A DNA stretch of 64,000 nucleotides from Eledone cirrhosa (Eukaryota): contig OZ024740.1 in the NCBI GenBank assembly GCA_964016885.1, positions 301,754,001-301,818,000 of the forward strand, written 5' to 3'. Shown piece by piece: positions 38,790 through 52,788 of this stretch (position 1 is its first letter; every line of letters begins with the position of its first letter). Made by a program: the position numbers and the translations under genes. The notes beneath the pieces were generated by a model. The model saw only the letters and a list, made by a program, of their open reading frames with translations. It was not told the DNA's origin and made no database searches.

Positions 38790-40033
38790 TTGCAAGGCAA
38801 TGGAGGCGTCCCAGGATGGGCAGTCTCGAAAGTTCACTCGAAAGTCATGGGTGTGCATTCACACAGTTGAGCGGTGGGGTAATCACAAACCGGTTCACAC
38901 ACGGGCAGGAGTCCAATGGTCAGAGAGAGGTGCATCGAAGGAGGTAGAAGAATTCACGTGCATTAGCAAGGTGAGGCGGGTTAAAGCAAGCAGACACAGT
39001 TGTAGCGCATACAAAATATATATAAAAAGACAGAAGATATATAAAAAATAGCTTCAAGAGCCATTAAGTCACCGCATTGGGACATCACAAGATTGTACAC
39101 ATCAATATGTTCAGCACGTATATGCACGTATACACACCATATGCATATGCAGAGACGGTATACATATATATATATATTTTTTTTTATATATACACACAGA
39201 CACATATAACCACCTACACCCATACACATATAAATGTATACACGGACACACACGCACACACACACAGCGTAGGACACACGGGTCAAAGCCGATATTAAAT
39301 ACGATATTAAACACCGAAATACCACATTAGACCAGACCCACCACCACAGGTAATATATTCAAAACAAATACATACGATGAGATGTAGAAAAATAAAGTTG
39401 AAATCCTACGGAGATATTCATGTCTGCACGTGCCATTGACCGATTCGAGTGTACACAGACCGTTAGTAACTACGGAGGGCCATCGGGGCCAAAACGTTAC
39501 TTTCGGGATCATAAAAACGACCGTCAATATATGGAAGGCCGATCGTGCTAGAAAGACTACAACCCCGGGTAAGAGCTCCCAGAGGTCAGCCTGTAGATCT
39601 TGAACCACATAATATGAGGGCAACACGTATATGCGCCACGTATCCACTGCTTACAGCAGGATGGCACGGGTCCGCCCACAGTTACAGGCTAAATTTCCAC
39701 TAGTGCAGCCTAAATCGCAGTACACGCTTTACATAAATACATTACAACTCATGCGCATACAGAGGTACAGATCAACAAGATATACGTCAGGATAGGTCCA
39801 CCAATGCACTAATGGTGGGTAGGCCAGCGTGGATGGGTTACATCCACTGTGCCAAACAGGGGTGCTTATTAACATACACTCCCCTGCACACCCCAATATC
39901 AAGATCAATATCCTCCCACAGGCATACGTATACATTCACAGACTCGTATACATAGACGACCAACAATAGGAGACAGTTACACACAGTCAGAGACAGTTAC
40001 ACAAGACAGCCCAACTGGAGGAATAAGGACGTG

Positions 40034-40939
40034 CTAGCTAACAGGTTTAAAGTAGAAGAAAGAGCTTAATATTCGGTGGGGGCAAGAGGAAAAAATTTCA
40101 GACTTTCTATTTAGTAGAGGGCATTTAGCAAATATAATAGAGTGGGATTCGGCAAGGCACAGGTTACATACTCTACTATGAGGAGTATATGGATGGGATT
40201 TAGCAACCTGCCGCCAAGTAAGTGTGTAAGGTGTTCGTGCATTTTTTAAATTATGGACGTACGCTGCCAAGGAGGTGGAGTTCCTCAGTTTATTATGTCT
40301 AAAAGTGCATTGATGAGAGTTAAACCTGGTCTTAAAGGGGGTGGAAGTTGATCCTATATAGGTCATGGTGGACGCCGTAGTTACCACATCACACGCATAA
40401 ACTATGTTTCTAACAAGGCAGAAACCATTCAGGGGGCAGCCTGAAGCCCTTCTACAGTTACAACCTCTGGTGATGCTATTCTCAGAAAGATCACCACCAG
40501 TGTTTCTGCCCACTCTATCCACTACCGTGTTTTCCCCTAGGCTTAGGTTGTCCAGGCCTTCCTTTATTTTCTTATTATTAGTAATGGCCAGATGAGAGGC
40601 CAGATTTTGGGTTGTAGAATACGAAAGTTTAACAACATTCTTATTGAGGATAGAGTGGTACCTATTACCAGGAGGGAAGTTCCGTTCTAGCACAGAGAAG
40701 AAGGCCCTAGGAATATTTATAGCTACTTCAGAATTAAAAGGGGGGTTGAAGTATGTATTCAATCTTCTTCTATTCTTTTTATTCTTTCTATTTCCATCAG
40801 TATTATTAGCATTATTATTTCTACGGTTCCTATGCTCACCTAGTCGATGTGGGGAGCTGCGAGGCCTACCATTGTTAGCACTTAGACTAATGGTGCCCTG
40901 CTGGTTCATTCCACCGGCATCTAGAAACCTCCCGTTCAC
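40034..40939 (-). pseudogene. PLE ORF C-terminal part, GIY-YIG endonuclease (Naiad-like)
   Basis: YFNPPFN, KLSYST, CNCRRASGCPLNGFC, IVYAC..YIGSTSTPFKTRFNSH, CNLCLAE, SCPH. Confidence 0.92.
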
Positions 40940-41039
40940 GACACCTCTATTGTTATTACTTAGACTACCAAAGCTAAACAGAAAGAATCAGTGGAACAAC
41001 AACAACACCCAAACAAACAACACTGACCTAAGAGAAGTA

Positions 41040-41570
41040 TAAATAAGTAAATAAAATTAAATAAAATAAGATAAATAAATACATACACAAGCACATAAAC
41101 ACACACTAGTCACCCAGCAGACACAACACTATACACACTAGTCACACATCACACATAACACTATACACACACGCAAACGCATGCGCAAAGAAGACAAAAT
41201 AAAATAAGATAAACAAACAAGCAAATAAATAAATAAATATATAGACAGACTGAACAAAAAAAAAATGGCGTAGACATACAACACAACAGGAGGAACAATG
41301 AATATAACACCACTGACGATGTTGCAGATGTGCAACGAAAGATTTATGTAAATTATGTAAACTATATATATGTGTTTGTGTCTATATTGTATCTGTATTA
41401 TTTTTGACCGCCGGTCAGTCAATGGCAGCATTGAGGACCGAGTAAGTTAGATCGCAGATATATATATATAAAAGACAGCGAGAAGCGAAAACCAACCAAA
41501 CAGTGAGTGTGTTCTGTTATTAATTCTGGCAATAGTACGCAAATATGACCCTCCCCAAATATAACAATAT
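41040..41570 (+). mobile_element. pLTR ('CCTCCCCAAATATAACAAT' family) with an HHR-like core at 41306-41377
   Basis: CTGACGA-tgttgca/gatg/tgcaac-GAAA; homologous to 8539-8724 and 16219-16716. Confidence 0.75.
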
Positions 41571-41595
41571 ATATATATATATATTTATATATATT

Positions 41596-41626
<31 letters not shown>

Positions 41627-41643
41627 TTATATATATATATATT

Positions 41644-41674
<31 letters not shown>

Positions 41675-41723
41675 TTATATATATATATATTTATATATAT
41701 TTATATATATATATATTTATATT

Positions 41724-41830
<107 letters not shown>

Positions 41831-41857
41831 CTATATATCTATATATATATATCTATA

Positions 41858-41928
<71 letters not shown>

Positions 41929-41931
41929 ATA

Positions 41932-42148
<217 letters not shown>

Positions 42149-42159
42149 ATATATATATC

Positions 42160-42196
<37 letters not shown>

Positions 42197-42199
42197 TTA

Positions 42200-42230
<31 letters not shown>

Positions 42231-42459
42231 ATATTTATATATATATATATTTATATATATATATATTTATATATATATATTTATATATATATATATTTAT
42301 ATATATATATATTTATATACATATATATATATATATATTTATATACATATATATATATATATATTTTTATATATATATATATAAATATATATATATAAAC
42401 GTATATATGTATATAATGTATATATGGAAATATTTACAAAAGAGTACTTCTGCTAGAGA

Positions 42460-43080
42460 ACAGGTTGCATGTGGAGTTTAGCGAAACGGCAACCAGATGT
42501 GATGGCTAGTTGAGATATAATCGGGCAACTGCCAGATGAATATGCGGTCCCAGGAAAACAGCGGTAAATATCTAGTGAGATGGAGCAATAGGTGATACCT
42601 GTAACTCCAAAAAATCACTCACAACCCAGTGACATACCTACGAGGAGGCGAATAAGGACCGCCTCCATAAAAGCCTAGTCTTTGCAGGTTTGACAAGCTA
42701 CCCGATTGGTGACTGGCGCGAATAAGACTACTAAAACTTAACCTGCAATATGAAGAAAACAGAACCATACCGCATCCTCCTTCGTGCAAGGGGCGCGTTC
42801 AGGCCTTAGGTAGAGAATCATGTTCGAATATTATATTGCAGCCCCCATCCCATGCCCCTAGCGATGGGCCTGTTACATATCCTGGGAGACGGGGAATGGA
42901 CGCACAAAGATTCCGGATCCCGAGGCCTAAAAGAGGATCCGGAAGGAAGCAACCCTTGACAGTTGGAACCTGGAACATCACATCGCTTAAAGTTAAGTGG
43001 CAGGCAGTAGTGGAGGAGGCTAAATGATACCGGCAAGATATAGTCAGGGTTTCCTCAACTAAGTTTCGTTCCAAAGGGAT
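42460..43080 (+). mobile_element. RTE LINE 5' fragment (UTR plus start of APE endonuclease)
   Basis: LTVGTWNITSLKVKWQAVVEEAK*YRQDIVRVSSTK. Confidence 0.85.
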
Positions 43081-43284
43081 ATATTTACACAAACAGGGAA
43101 ACACTAACAGTAGGAGCAGTGAACGATGGGAAGCTAATGCGTTTAACAATTGAATTAAGACAACGCTTTAGTCTTGCCGTGCATATGATGATCTCTTTAG
43201 TACTTGTATCACGATAAAATACACTCAATACATCCTGTAAATTAATGTTTCTGTCTTGATAGAATACAGCTAGTCAACTGTATG

Positions 43285-43441
43285 AAGTGGTGGTACTGGT
43301 ATCACAAAAAACAATGCACCCTGTAAACACTCTAAAGTGGCTGTTAGAAATGTCGTCCAGCCATAGAAGCCATGCCAAAAATTTAATTCATGAGCAATAT
43401 GAGGTCAATCGTGTATGGAAAGTGGACGTAAAATGAAGATG
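43285..43441 (+). mobile_element. Degenerate octopus SINE 3' portion (RTE-type tail)
   Basis: acactctaaagtgg..ttagaaatgtcgtccagccatagaagccatgccaaa...atggaaagtggacgtaaaatgaagatg. Confidence 0.55.
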
Positions 43442-44058
43442 GTTCGATTTTTTTTTTATTTAATACCAGTAAGTATAACTTTTTAATTTCAATAACTTGC
43501 GCCAAGCCGACATTGCCTTGTGAAATTGGTGGCTTGCTGTGTATTCTATTTTTTGTATACGAGGGAACTTCAAACTTGAAGTACCCCGGGCTCTCGAGGT
43601 AAAACTCTGACTCTGCAGATATGTTTATGACAAAAAGCGGTGCTTTTAGCATAGCGAAGATGAAGGAAGCTATAACCACAGAACCACAGCTAGATCTACA
43701 AAAGCGAGCGATTCAACTTCTACATTGTATTTTCTTCTAGTTGGCAAAACCATAAACAAAAATAAACAAAATGTCTTCATTTTTATCGGGAAAGAGGAGG
43801 ATTTTGAGTATATGGCGTTTAAAATTAGCCTGTTTACAATTATATTACCACTAGTCTTACAACTAAACCACCGTGACTGTTCGAAATTTTAAGTATATTT
43901 TAAAGTTATATGGCAAATATTAGCCTTTGAAATCTTTATAGTCATACCTAGGTTACACTTACGTATTGATTTACATCGGTGGATACCGGGTTATTGTTTT
44001 CATTTTCCTCTGTACAAATAACTAATAGCTCTCACTCTCTCTCTCTCTCTCTCACACA

Positions 44059-44137
<79 letters not shown>

Positions 44138-44436
44138 TTATTTATACATATATATATATCAAATGAAAAAACGCAGTTAAAGATTCGCCTTAATCCCATG
44201 CATTTTAATGAGCTCTAAGGATAAGTACCGGGCACTTCATTATATAATATATAGAAAGGAGCATAAAATAATATATTTTCAATTACAAAGGGAAATTGAA
44301 TGTGTGTGTACCTGTATGCATATTTAGGTGCATGTCTACATGTGTATTTATATATTTTTTCCGTTCTAAGGTGTTATATTAACTCACTTTGATTCTTTTG
44401 TAGATATTAATTTCAAATCGTATTATCCACAACAAC

Positions 44437-44510
44437 TATTTCATCTGATAAACGGGCTGGACGTTTCTGTAAGCATCGTCTAGTTTCTTGAAACCTTTGG
44501 CAATAGAATA
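44437..44510 (+). ncRNA. Degenerate hammerhead in a pLTR fragment
   Basis: tatttcat-CTGATAA-acgggctggacg..cgtctagtttctt-GAAA-cctttgg-CA-atagaata. The tail is homologous to the reverse complement of 3100-3195. Confidence 0.6.
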
Positions 44511-44643
44511 CTTATATTGTGTTGTTTATTATGTAATTAAATAGCTCTGTACTATACATAGAGCACTCTTCTTTCCTAAACCTTTTCTGTTCGGAATTAT
44601 TTAACACACACACATACACACACATATATATATATATATATAC

Positions 44644-44720
<77 letters not shown>

Positions 44721-45499
44721 CATGACGATGATGTTGACGGCTATAGCTAATGAAAGCTCTAGGGGTACACACAATGTTTGGGCTTGCGAATCGAGTGGTG
44801 CTTTTGGCACAGCGAAGGCAAAATAAGTTACCACCTCAGTTAGAGTTACCAAGGTGCGCGGTGTTTCTTCTACATTCTTCGTTTTTGTTGGCAAAACCAT
44901 AAACAAACAAAATTATTCCATTTTCTTTCTGGTCGGAGAAGGGTTTTAACTCAGAAGTCTTTGGCAATTAAAATTAGCCTATTTACAACTACGTATCCAC
45001 TAGTTTTACAACTAAACCACCGTATCTGTTTAGAGTTTTAATCATTTTTTAAAATCATATTGCAAATATTAACCTTTGAAATCTGTATGGTCATACCTCG
45101 CTTACACTTACGTATTCATTTACATAGTTCGATACCGGCTTATTATTTTCATTGTCCTCCGAACAAATAACTAATTCATACGCACGCGCATACACACACA
45201 CACACACACACACTCGTTCCACCCCTCTTTCTCTCTCTCGCTCTCTCTCTCTCTATATATATATATATAGAGAGAGAGAGAGGGGGGACACAGAGAGAGT
45301 ATGTGTGGTTTACATCGCTGGGTACCGGGTTCGGTCGTTCTATCAATTATTAAAGATTAAAATTTACTTCTATTTATTAATTATTTTCATTTTCATCTGT
45401 ACAAATAAATAACCCCCCCCCCCCCTATCTCTCTTTCTCTATATATATATAGCAAATGAAAAAACGGACTTAAAGACTCGCGTTAATCACCTGTAATTT

Positions 45500-45678
45500 A
45501 ATTGTTTCTACTTTAGGCTCAAGGCCAGCAATTACCCAGTACATTACTGGTACTTTATTTTATCGACCCCGTAAGGATGAAAAGCAAAGTAACCTCGGCG
45601 GCATTTGAACTCAGACCGTAAAGGGACGTAACTATGCTAGAAAGCATGGCGTCCAACCCTCTACCGATACTGTCAATT
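45500..45678 (-). mobile_element. SINE copy (same family as 30987-31600)
   Basis: The reverse complement contains ctgagttcaaatgccgccgagg..tttcatccttacggggtcgataaaataaagtaccag. It is absent from the paralog at ~44205. Confidence 0.88.
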
Positions 45679-46163
45679 AATGAGCTCTAAGTATGAGTAC
45701 CGGGTAGTTCATTATATAATATATAGAAAGGAGCACACAAAAAAGTACTTTTGAATTACAAAGGGAAATTGAATGTGTTTGTACGTGTGTGGCTGTATAT
45801 TTAACTGTATGAGTATAAAGAAAGTGTCAAATGGCAGAAATGCTACAAGTATTGCTTGTAAAAGAGACTATAAAAAGAGCGGAAAAGAATCTTCCAACAA
45901 CCGCTATGAGGGATTGAATCCCATATCTTCCAGAGATCTTCTAGCCGCTATCTGGAATATATGGCATTCAATTCCTCTTAGCAAATTCCGTTTCCGTCTT
46001 TTAATGTTGTTCAATTTAATTCGTAAGCTTTCTTTACAGCATTTCCGCCTAACCACTATCTGCATAATTATAATTACATATATTCTCATCTATTCAAAAG
46101 CCAAATATTCGGTTTCGTTCATTGTTTATATACAAAATAAAGTATTTATATATATATATACAT

Positions 46164-46247
<84 letters not shown>

Positions 46248-46444
46248 GGATACTATTTATGGCTATGTATATACTAAAACTTTTTATAGTTATATATATA
46301 TATAAACAATAAACAGTGAAGGTCAGTAATGTATTACTACCTTATTACCAGTAAGATAAATAGCTCAATGTAATAACATCAGTTGTTCTACAGAGCAGTT
46401 ATATAGAATTCACAAGAATGAAAGCTATGTTCAAAGCATTTATT

Positions 46445-46492
46445 CACTTACAATTGTTTCATCCACAATTTGGGTTGGTGTCTTCGGAGCAT
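46445..46492 (-). ncRNA. Minimal hammerhead, U4C variant
   Basis: Reverse complement: tgct-CCGAAGA-cacca..tggat-GAAA-caattg-TA-agtg. Confidence 0.65.
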
Positions 46493-46988
46493 TTTTCAAT
46501 GTTTGTACACATAATTGACCTCCATCCCAACGCAAGAGACATACTGATACATAAGTATAAATTCATGTAGAGTGGAATGACATATATTATATTATATTAT
46601 TTCTGTATATCAATTCAAATTCAAAATCAAAATCAAAATTAAAATACATTCGGCAGTTAACCTAGATAAGAGGATAGTTTGTTAGTTGGATGTAGTAGTT
46701 AGTTTATGCGTTATTTACACGTGGGGCATGCAGGTGTGTCTGATTTATATATGATTATTGTGTAACAAACTATCCTCTTGCATTATCTATGTTAACTGCC
46801 GAATGTATTTTAATTTTATTTTAATTTTGTTTTAATTTTAATTTTGATTTTGATTTTGAATTTGAATTGCTATACAGAAATAATATAATATAATATATGC
46901 CACTCCACTTTACATCAATATATACATATGTATCTGTATGTCCCTTGCGTTGGGAAGGAGGTCGATTATGTGTACAAACATTGAAAAA

Positions 46989-47035
46989 TGCTCCGGAGAC
47001 GCCAAGCCTAGGTTTGGATGAAACAATTGTAAGTG
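46989..47035 (+). ncRNA. Minimal hammerhead, U4C variant (A6G in this copy)
   Basis: tgct-CCGGAGA-cgccaagc/ctag/gtttggat-GAAA-caattg-TA-agtg. Confidence 0.65.
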
Positions 47036-47308
47036 AATAAATGCTTTAAACATAGCTTTGATTCTTGTGAATTCTATATGACTGCTCTGTAGAACAACTG
47101 ATGTTATTACATTGAGCTATTTATCTTACTGGTAATAAGGTAATAATACATTAGTGACTTTCACTGTTTAGGGTTTAAAATATATATAACTATAAAAAGT
47201 TTTAGTATATGCATAACCATAAATAGTATGCTTAATATTATTAACTGCTCCATACTGTTGAGCAAACATACAATAAATTACCAGTATGCTGATCAAAGAC
47301 CAACTCCT

Positions 47309-49672
47309 ATGTCAACGAAGAACATACCAATAACATCCAAGAATACATACGAGAAATTATTTATCAATAGTGTCAACTCCTTTATCAAGAGAGTGAGATG
47401 GAGGACATTCCATTATGATAAAAACAAATCTAACAAAATTGATGATACTAACAAATTCGACTCCTTCGGCTTTAACATTTTTAGAAGCCCCCCCTCACAA
47501 CACACTACTAAATTCCTTTGAAAATGACCTAATAAAACTAGTTAAGAACATTAAATACAAAAAGCATCGTTCTAAAAACACCTTCTTAAACAAATTTAAC
47601 TCCACTATTAATGAATTCAAAACATGTAGTAAAATGACTGTGCATACGGACAAAACTAATAACATATACAGCCTAGATTATGATATATATAGAAAGTTTA
47701 TATATAATGAACTACATAAGAGCTACAAGAAAACTACCATACACAACCATACACCTCAAACCCCCCTAGATTCTCTCTGAAGGACCATAAGGAGGTTTCA
47801 TTAGCAACCCCTCGATTAGACTAATCTGCCCTTCCAAGTCTGACATTGGCATTATTAGTAAGAAGATCTTAGATAAAATCATCCCACCGATTAAACACAA
47901 AATATACCTTAAACAATGGGGAAATACAGGTGAAGTTATTGAATTCTTCAAGGATATCAAGGAAAACAAAGATAAAAAATGTATTCAATTTGATATCAAT
48001 TCATACTACACCTCTATTTCCCCTATCCTATTAAATAAGGCACTAATTATGGCCATGAACAATAGTGACCTGACTAGACCCCAGATTGATGTCATACTTG
48101 CGGCCCGTAAAACCGTAATCACTTTTGAAGACGAGTTATGGACCCGCAAGGATACGCAAAACAACTTCGACATAACCATGGGATCTAGTGACTCGGCGCA
48201 GATCACTGATTTGGTGGGCCTATACTTACTAAACGAAATCCATAAGGACCTTTCATACCTCAACGGGGGTTTGTACTGCGATGATGCACTTCTTCTTATA
48301 GACGATAAAAATTTAATATAGCAAGAACTAGAAAACTATTGCACAAGACTTTCAAAAACTATAACCTAAGTATCACCATAGACAACATCACTAAAAACGT
48401 TAACTTCCTAGATGCCACCCTCTACATAGACTCTAGGATATATACACCATTCCATAAACCTAACGAAAAACTGATTTACGTAGATCCCAAGTCTAACCAC
48501 CATAGATCAATATTAAACTCTATCTCTAAGGGAATATCCAATAGAATCTCTAATCTATCTCATGACGAAAACATATTTAGCAAAAACTCACAATATTATA
48601 ATCAGGCATTAGCTAGATCAGGCCATAATAATGAGATCGAGTTCCTACCTACAAAAACACATAGTTACGACATTATTTCGCACAATATGTCCATGAGGAA
48701 AAATAGTAATAACAATAATAAGCACACACACACTAGTACGAAGGGTGGCAACAAACGTAACCCACACCAGGGAAGTCACCAATATACCTTAAACGGAAGC
48801 ATCTAACCAGACATAAAAAAACAAAAATAGAAGGAGAAATAATACATTTTTCAATCCACCTTTCAATCTAAACGTCACTACGAACCTACCTAAGGCTTTC
48901 TTCTCACTCCTGGATAAAAACTTCCCATCTGCCCACAAGTACCATAGTGTTATAAACAAAAACACAATTAAAATATCCTACTCTACCACGCCTAACATAG
49001 CATACCACATAGCTAGTAGCAATAAAAGAAAAATTAATACTTACTTCCAACAAACTAAAACACGGCAGGGGGTAAACCTTCAAAACATGGTTATATCTGC
49101 AAACCCTGATATCAATAGTAATAATAATAATAGCACTAGAGTAAGCAATAACGATGGGAGCGACAACCCCCATAGCCATAATGCAATAACTAACAACCAG
49201 ACTTCTACACAACATAATAAACGGCAGGTGAACATCCAAAATAATTGTAACTGTAGATCTAATAGAACCTGCCCTTTAGATAAAAACTGCTTAATCAAGG
49301 ACATCATATACTCATGCAGCGACATAACTAGCAACTCTTCTGAAACCTATATAGGCTCTACTTCCAACTGCTTCAAAAACCAGATACAATTCACACCTCC
49401 ATTCTTTCAAAAAACACAGTCTAGCCAACTCCACTTCACTTCTAGCTACATGCACTATCTAAAAACTAAAAATAGATCTTATACACTTCAATGGGAAGTG
49501 ATAGGTTAGGCGGCATCGTACAAACCACCTAATAAATTATGTAACCTCTGTCTACAAGAAACCCATACTATAATCCTCCCAAACCATAACCTCCTTAATA
49601 AAAAATCGGAGGTGTTTGTGTCGTGCCAGCACCGCTTCCGGCACTCCTTCCAAAACTTTAAACCCAATATAT
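47309..49672 (+). pseudogene. Frameshifted PLE RT-EN polyprotein (Naiad-like)
   Basis: KNIP..FIKRVRW, DKTNNIY, NPSIRLICPSKSDIG, FDINSYYTSI, TMGSSDSAQITDLVG, GLYCDDALL, VNFLD, SNH, FFNPPFN, CNCRSNRTCPL..C, YIGST, CNLCLQE. Confidence 0.95.
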
Positions 49673-51149
49673 AACAATGTCAGACTTGAACCCATCACCA
49701 CTTCTAACACTACACCTCAAGGGCACACCTTACACCACAAATCCACCCTATGTCAACACAAATCATTCCATCTATCTATAACTTCATACCCTAGAAATAT
49801 CCCCATGAACACCTACTTTTAGTATAATTACTTTCAATTACTTATAATTATATAGTGATACAATACAGTCTATGTAAGCTTTAAATACCAGATTCGACAA
49901 TGCAATTGTATTTGTATGTATGGAGTGATAACATTGGATATATATAAGATTAATTTATTAACATAAGAGATCTGTATAACTTATATGTTGAGTGCAATGA
50001 ATTATGTATGAATGGTATGTGAGTTATATATGCAAGTATAAATTGATGGATAGATTAATGACATTGTAAATGTGGGATGTTTTTGTCTGCCCTAGAGATG
50101 TATTTGGCTTTGCCATGCAAACAGCCATACGCTGCTCCAGAACTTACCAGGGGTTATGTAGACATAGTTCTAATAGGTCCCCTGACATGTTCTGTGAGTA
50201 AACTACATTTGCAGGAACTTTGATATAAAGATATGGCTCTTTGTATGGAATATTCAGTTGTAGCACTGTATGAAAGGGAGTAATCATCCTAATATAAATA
50301 CATTTAGTACATCATGATAGAGTAGACTGTATATAAATTGGAAACTGGATATAAATATATAACCGTCTATATAAGGGACTCAATTGAGACACCTTATAAT
50401 GTATGTTAGAACAATGAATTTAGATATGAAATCAGCTAGTTACCTCCCCTTACGTATTAACTCCCCTTAACTACACACATACTTCCAGATAATAAACCGA
50501 TGTAAATTTTCGCAGCAGAATCAACCTACTCTATAAAATTGGATTAAAGAACACTGAGCCGCAATAAGCTAAAATAATTTAATTTAATGCATCAAACATC
50601 CAATACGGAATCATCGTTACTTATGTGATGGAGTATAAACTATAAATTACTTTTCCCGAATGTGAGAATGGTGATGGATACGAAAACCATAACTTTCTAT
50701 TGCTTCTCCTTTTTATTTTTATATTTCTGTACACATACTTTTTTATTATATACAAAAAATAACTTACCACTACAACTCCATAACACTCTTACTTTCCCGC
50801 TTAAAGTGCTTGTATTACATGTTGCACCCTGCAACACAATAATCATATATAAATGAGACACACGTGCATGCTCCACGTGTAACTAACGCATACACTAACT
50901 ACTATATCCGACTAACAAACTATCCTCTTGCATTATCTATGTTAACTGCCGAATGTTTTTTAATTTTATTTTAATTTTGTTTTAATTTTAATTTTGATTT
51001 TGATTTTGAATTTGAATTGCTATACAGAAATAATATAATATAATATATGTCACTCCACTGTACATCAATATATACATATGTATCTGTATGTCTCTTGCGT
51101 TGGGAAGGAGGTCAATTATGTGTACAAACATTGAAAAATGCTCCATTGT

Positions 51150-51335
51150 AAACTTCAATGGGAAGTGATAGGTAAGGCGTACAGACCACCTAATAAATTA
51201 TCTAACCTCTGTCTATTAGAGACCCATACTATAATCTTCTCGAACCTTAACCTCCTTAATAAAATATCGGAAGTGCTTGCGTCGTGCCAGCACCGCTTCC
51301 GGCACTCCTTCCAAAACTTTAAACCCAATATATAA
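51150..51335 (+). pseudogene. Duplicated C-terminal tip of the PLE endonuclease
   Basis: LQWEVIG..NLCLLETH..SCQHRFRHSFQNFKP matches 49485-49672. Confidence 0.9.
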
Positions 51336-52699
51336 CAATGTCAGACTTGAACCCATCACCGCTTCTAACACCTCACCGCAAGGACATGCCTTACACCACA
51401 ACACCACACGCTCTGATCCACCCTCCCTCGACACAAATCATTCCATCTATCCATAACTTTATACCCTAGAAATATCCCCATAAACACCAACTTTTAATAT
51501 AATTTCTTTCAATTACTTATAATTATATAGTGATATAATACAGTCTATATAAACTTTAAGTACTAGATACGGCAGTGAATTATATATGCAATTGTAATTA
51601 GATGCATGGAGTAATAACATTAGATATATATAGGATTAATTTATTAACATAAGGGATCTGTCTAACTTATATATAGGGTGCTGCAATGAATTATATATGA
51701 ATTATATATGCAAGTATAACTTGATGGATAGATTAATGACATTGTAAATGAGGAATATATTTGTCTACCCTAGAGATGTATTTGGTTTTGTCATGCAAAC
51801 AGCCATACGCTGCTCCATAACTCACCAGGGATTATATAGTCAAAATTCTAATAGGTCCTCTGATATGTTTTGAGAGTACACTGTACTTGCAGTGAACTTT
51901 GATATAAAGATATGGCACTTTGTATGGAAAATGCAATTATAACACTATATATTAAGGAGTAATCAACTTCCTATAGATACCTTTAATACATTATGATAGA
52001 GTAGACTGTATTTAAAATTGAAAATTAGATATAAAGATATAACCTTTTCATATAAGGGACTCAATTGAGGCACCATATAATGTATGTTAGAACAATGAAT
52101 TTAGATATGAGAATCAGCTAGTTACCTCCCCTTACGCATTAACTCCCCTTAATTACGCACCTACTTCCGGGTAATAAACCACTGTAAATTCTCGCAGCAG
52201 AAAGAGCCTATTCTATAAATATGGATTAAATAACACTGAGCCTCAATACGCTACAATAATTTAATACATCAAACATTCAATACGGAATCATCGTTACTTA
52301 TGTGATGGATGTAAAAACATAACTTCCTTTTTCTGAATGAGAAAATAGAGGTGGATACGAAGCCCATATCTTTCTTTTTCTTCTTCTTTTTCTTTCTCTG
52401 CACACATACTTTTTTTATCTTTACAAAAAATACCCTTCCACTACAACCACCATAATACTCTTGCTTACCCGCTTAAAGTGCTTGCATTACATGTAACATA
52501 ACACCTTGCCACACAATAATCGTATATAAATGAGACGCACTTGCATGCTTCATGTATAACTAACGCATACACTACCTACTAGATCTGGCTATAAAACTAT
52601 CCTCTTGCATTATATGTGTTATCTGCCGAATGTATTTTAATTTTTCTTTTAATTTTGATTTTAATTTTGATTTTGATTTTGATTCTGAATTTGGAAAAA

Positions 52700-52746
52700 T
52701 GGTCCGAAGAATCCCAGCCTAGGTTTGGATGAAACAATTGTAAGTG
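52700..52746 (+). ncRNA. Minimal hammerhead, U4C variant
   Basis: CCGAAGA-atcccagc/ctag/gtttggat-GAAA-caattg-TA-agtg. Confidence 0.65.
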
Positions 52747-52788
52747 AATAAATGCTTTGAACATAGGTTTGATTCTTGTGAATTCTAT

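Larger units (their letters stand above)
37710..40960 (-). mobile_element. 5'-truncated Naiad-like PLE with ~2.3 kb 3' UTR ending in an HHR
   Basis: EN ORF at 40034-40939(-), HHR at 37738-37795(-), then (TA)n. Confidence 0.8.
43637..45810. repeat. Diverged segmental tandem duplication (43637-44330 / 44795-45805)
   Basis: Collinear shared blocks: ttggcaaaaccataaacaaa, aaaattagcct, caactaaaccaccgt, atgagctctaag..agtaccggg, aattacaaagggaaattgaatgtgt. Confidence 0.85.

Noticed and set aside
47309-49672. Selenocysteine (UGA) recoding, as reported for some Naiad PLEs
   Set aside because: The Cys motifs read as ordinary Cys codons in the EN copies here, and the stops and frameshifts look like decay.
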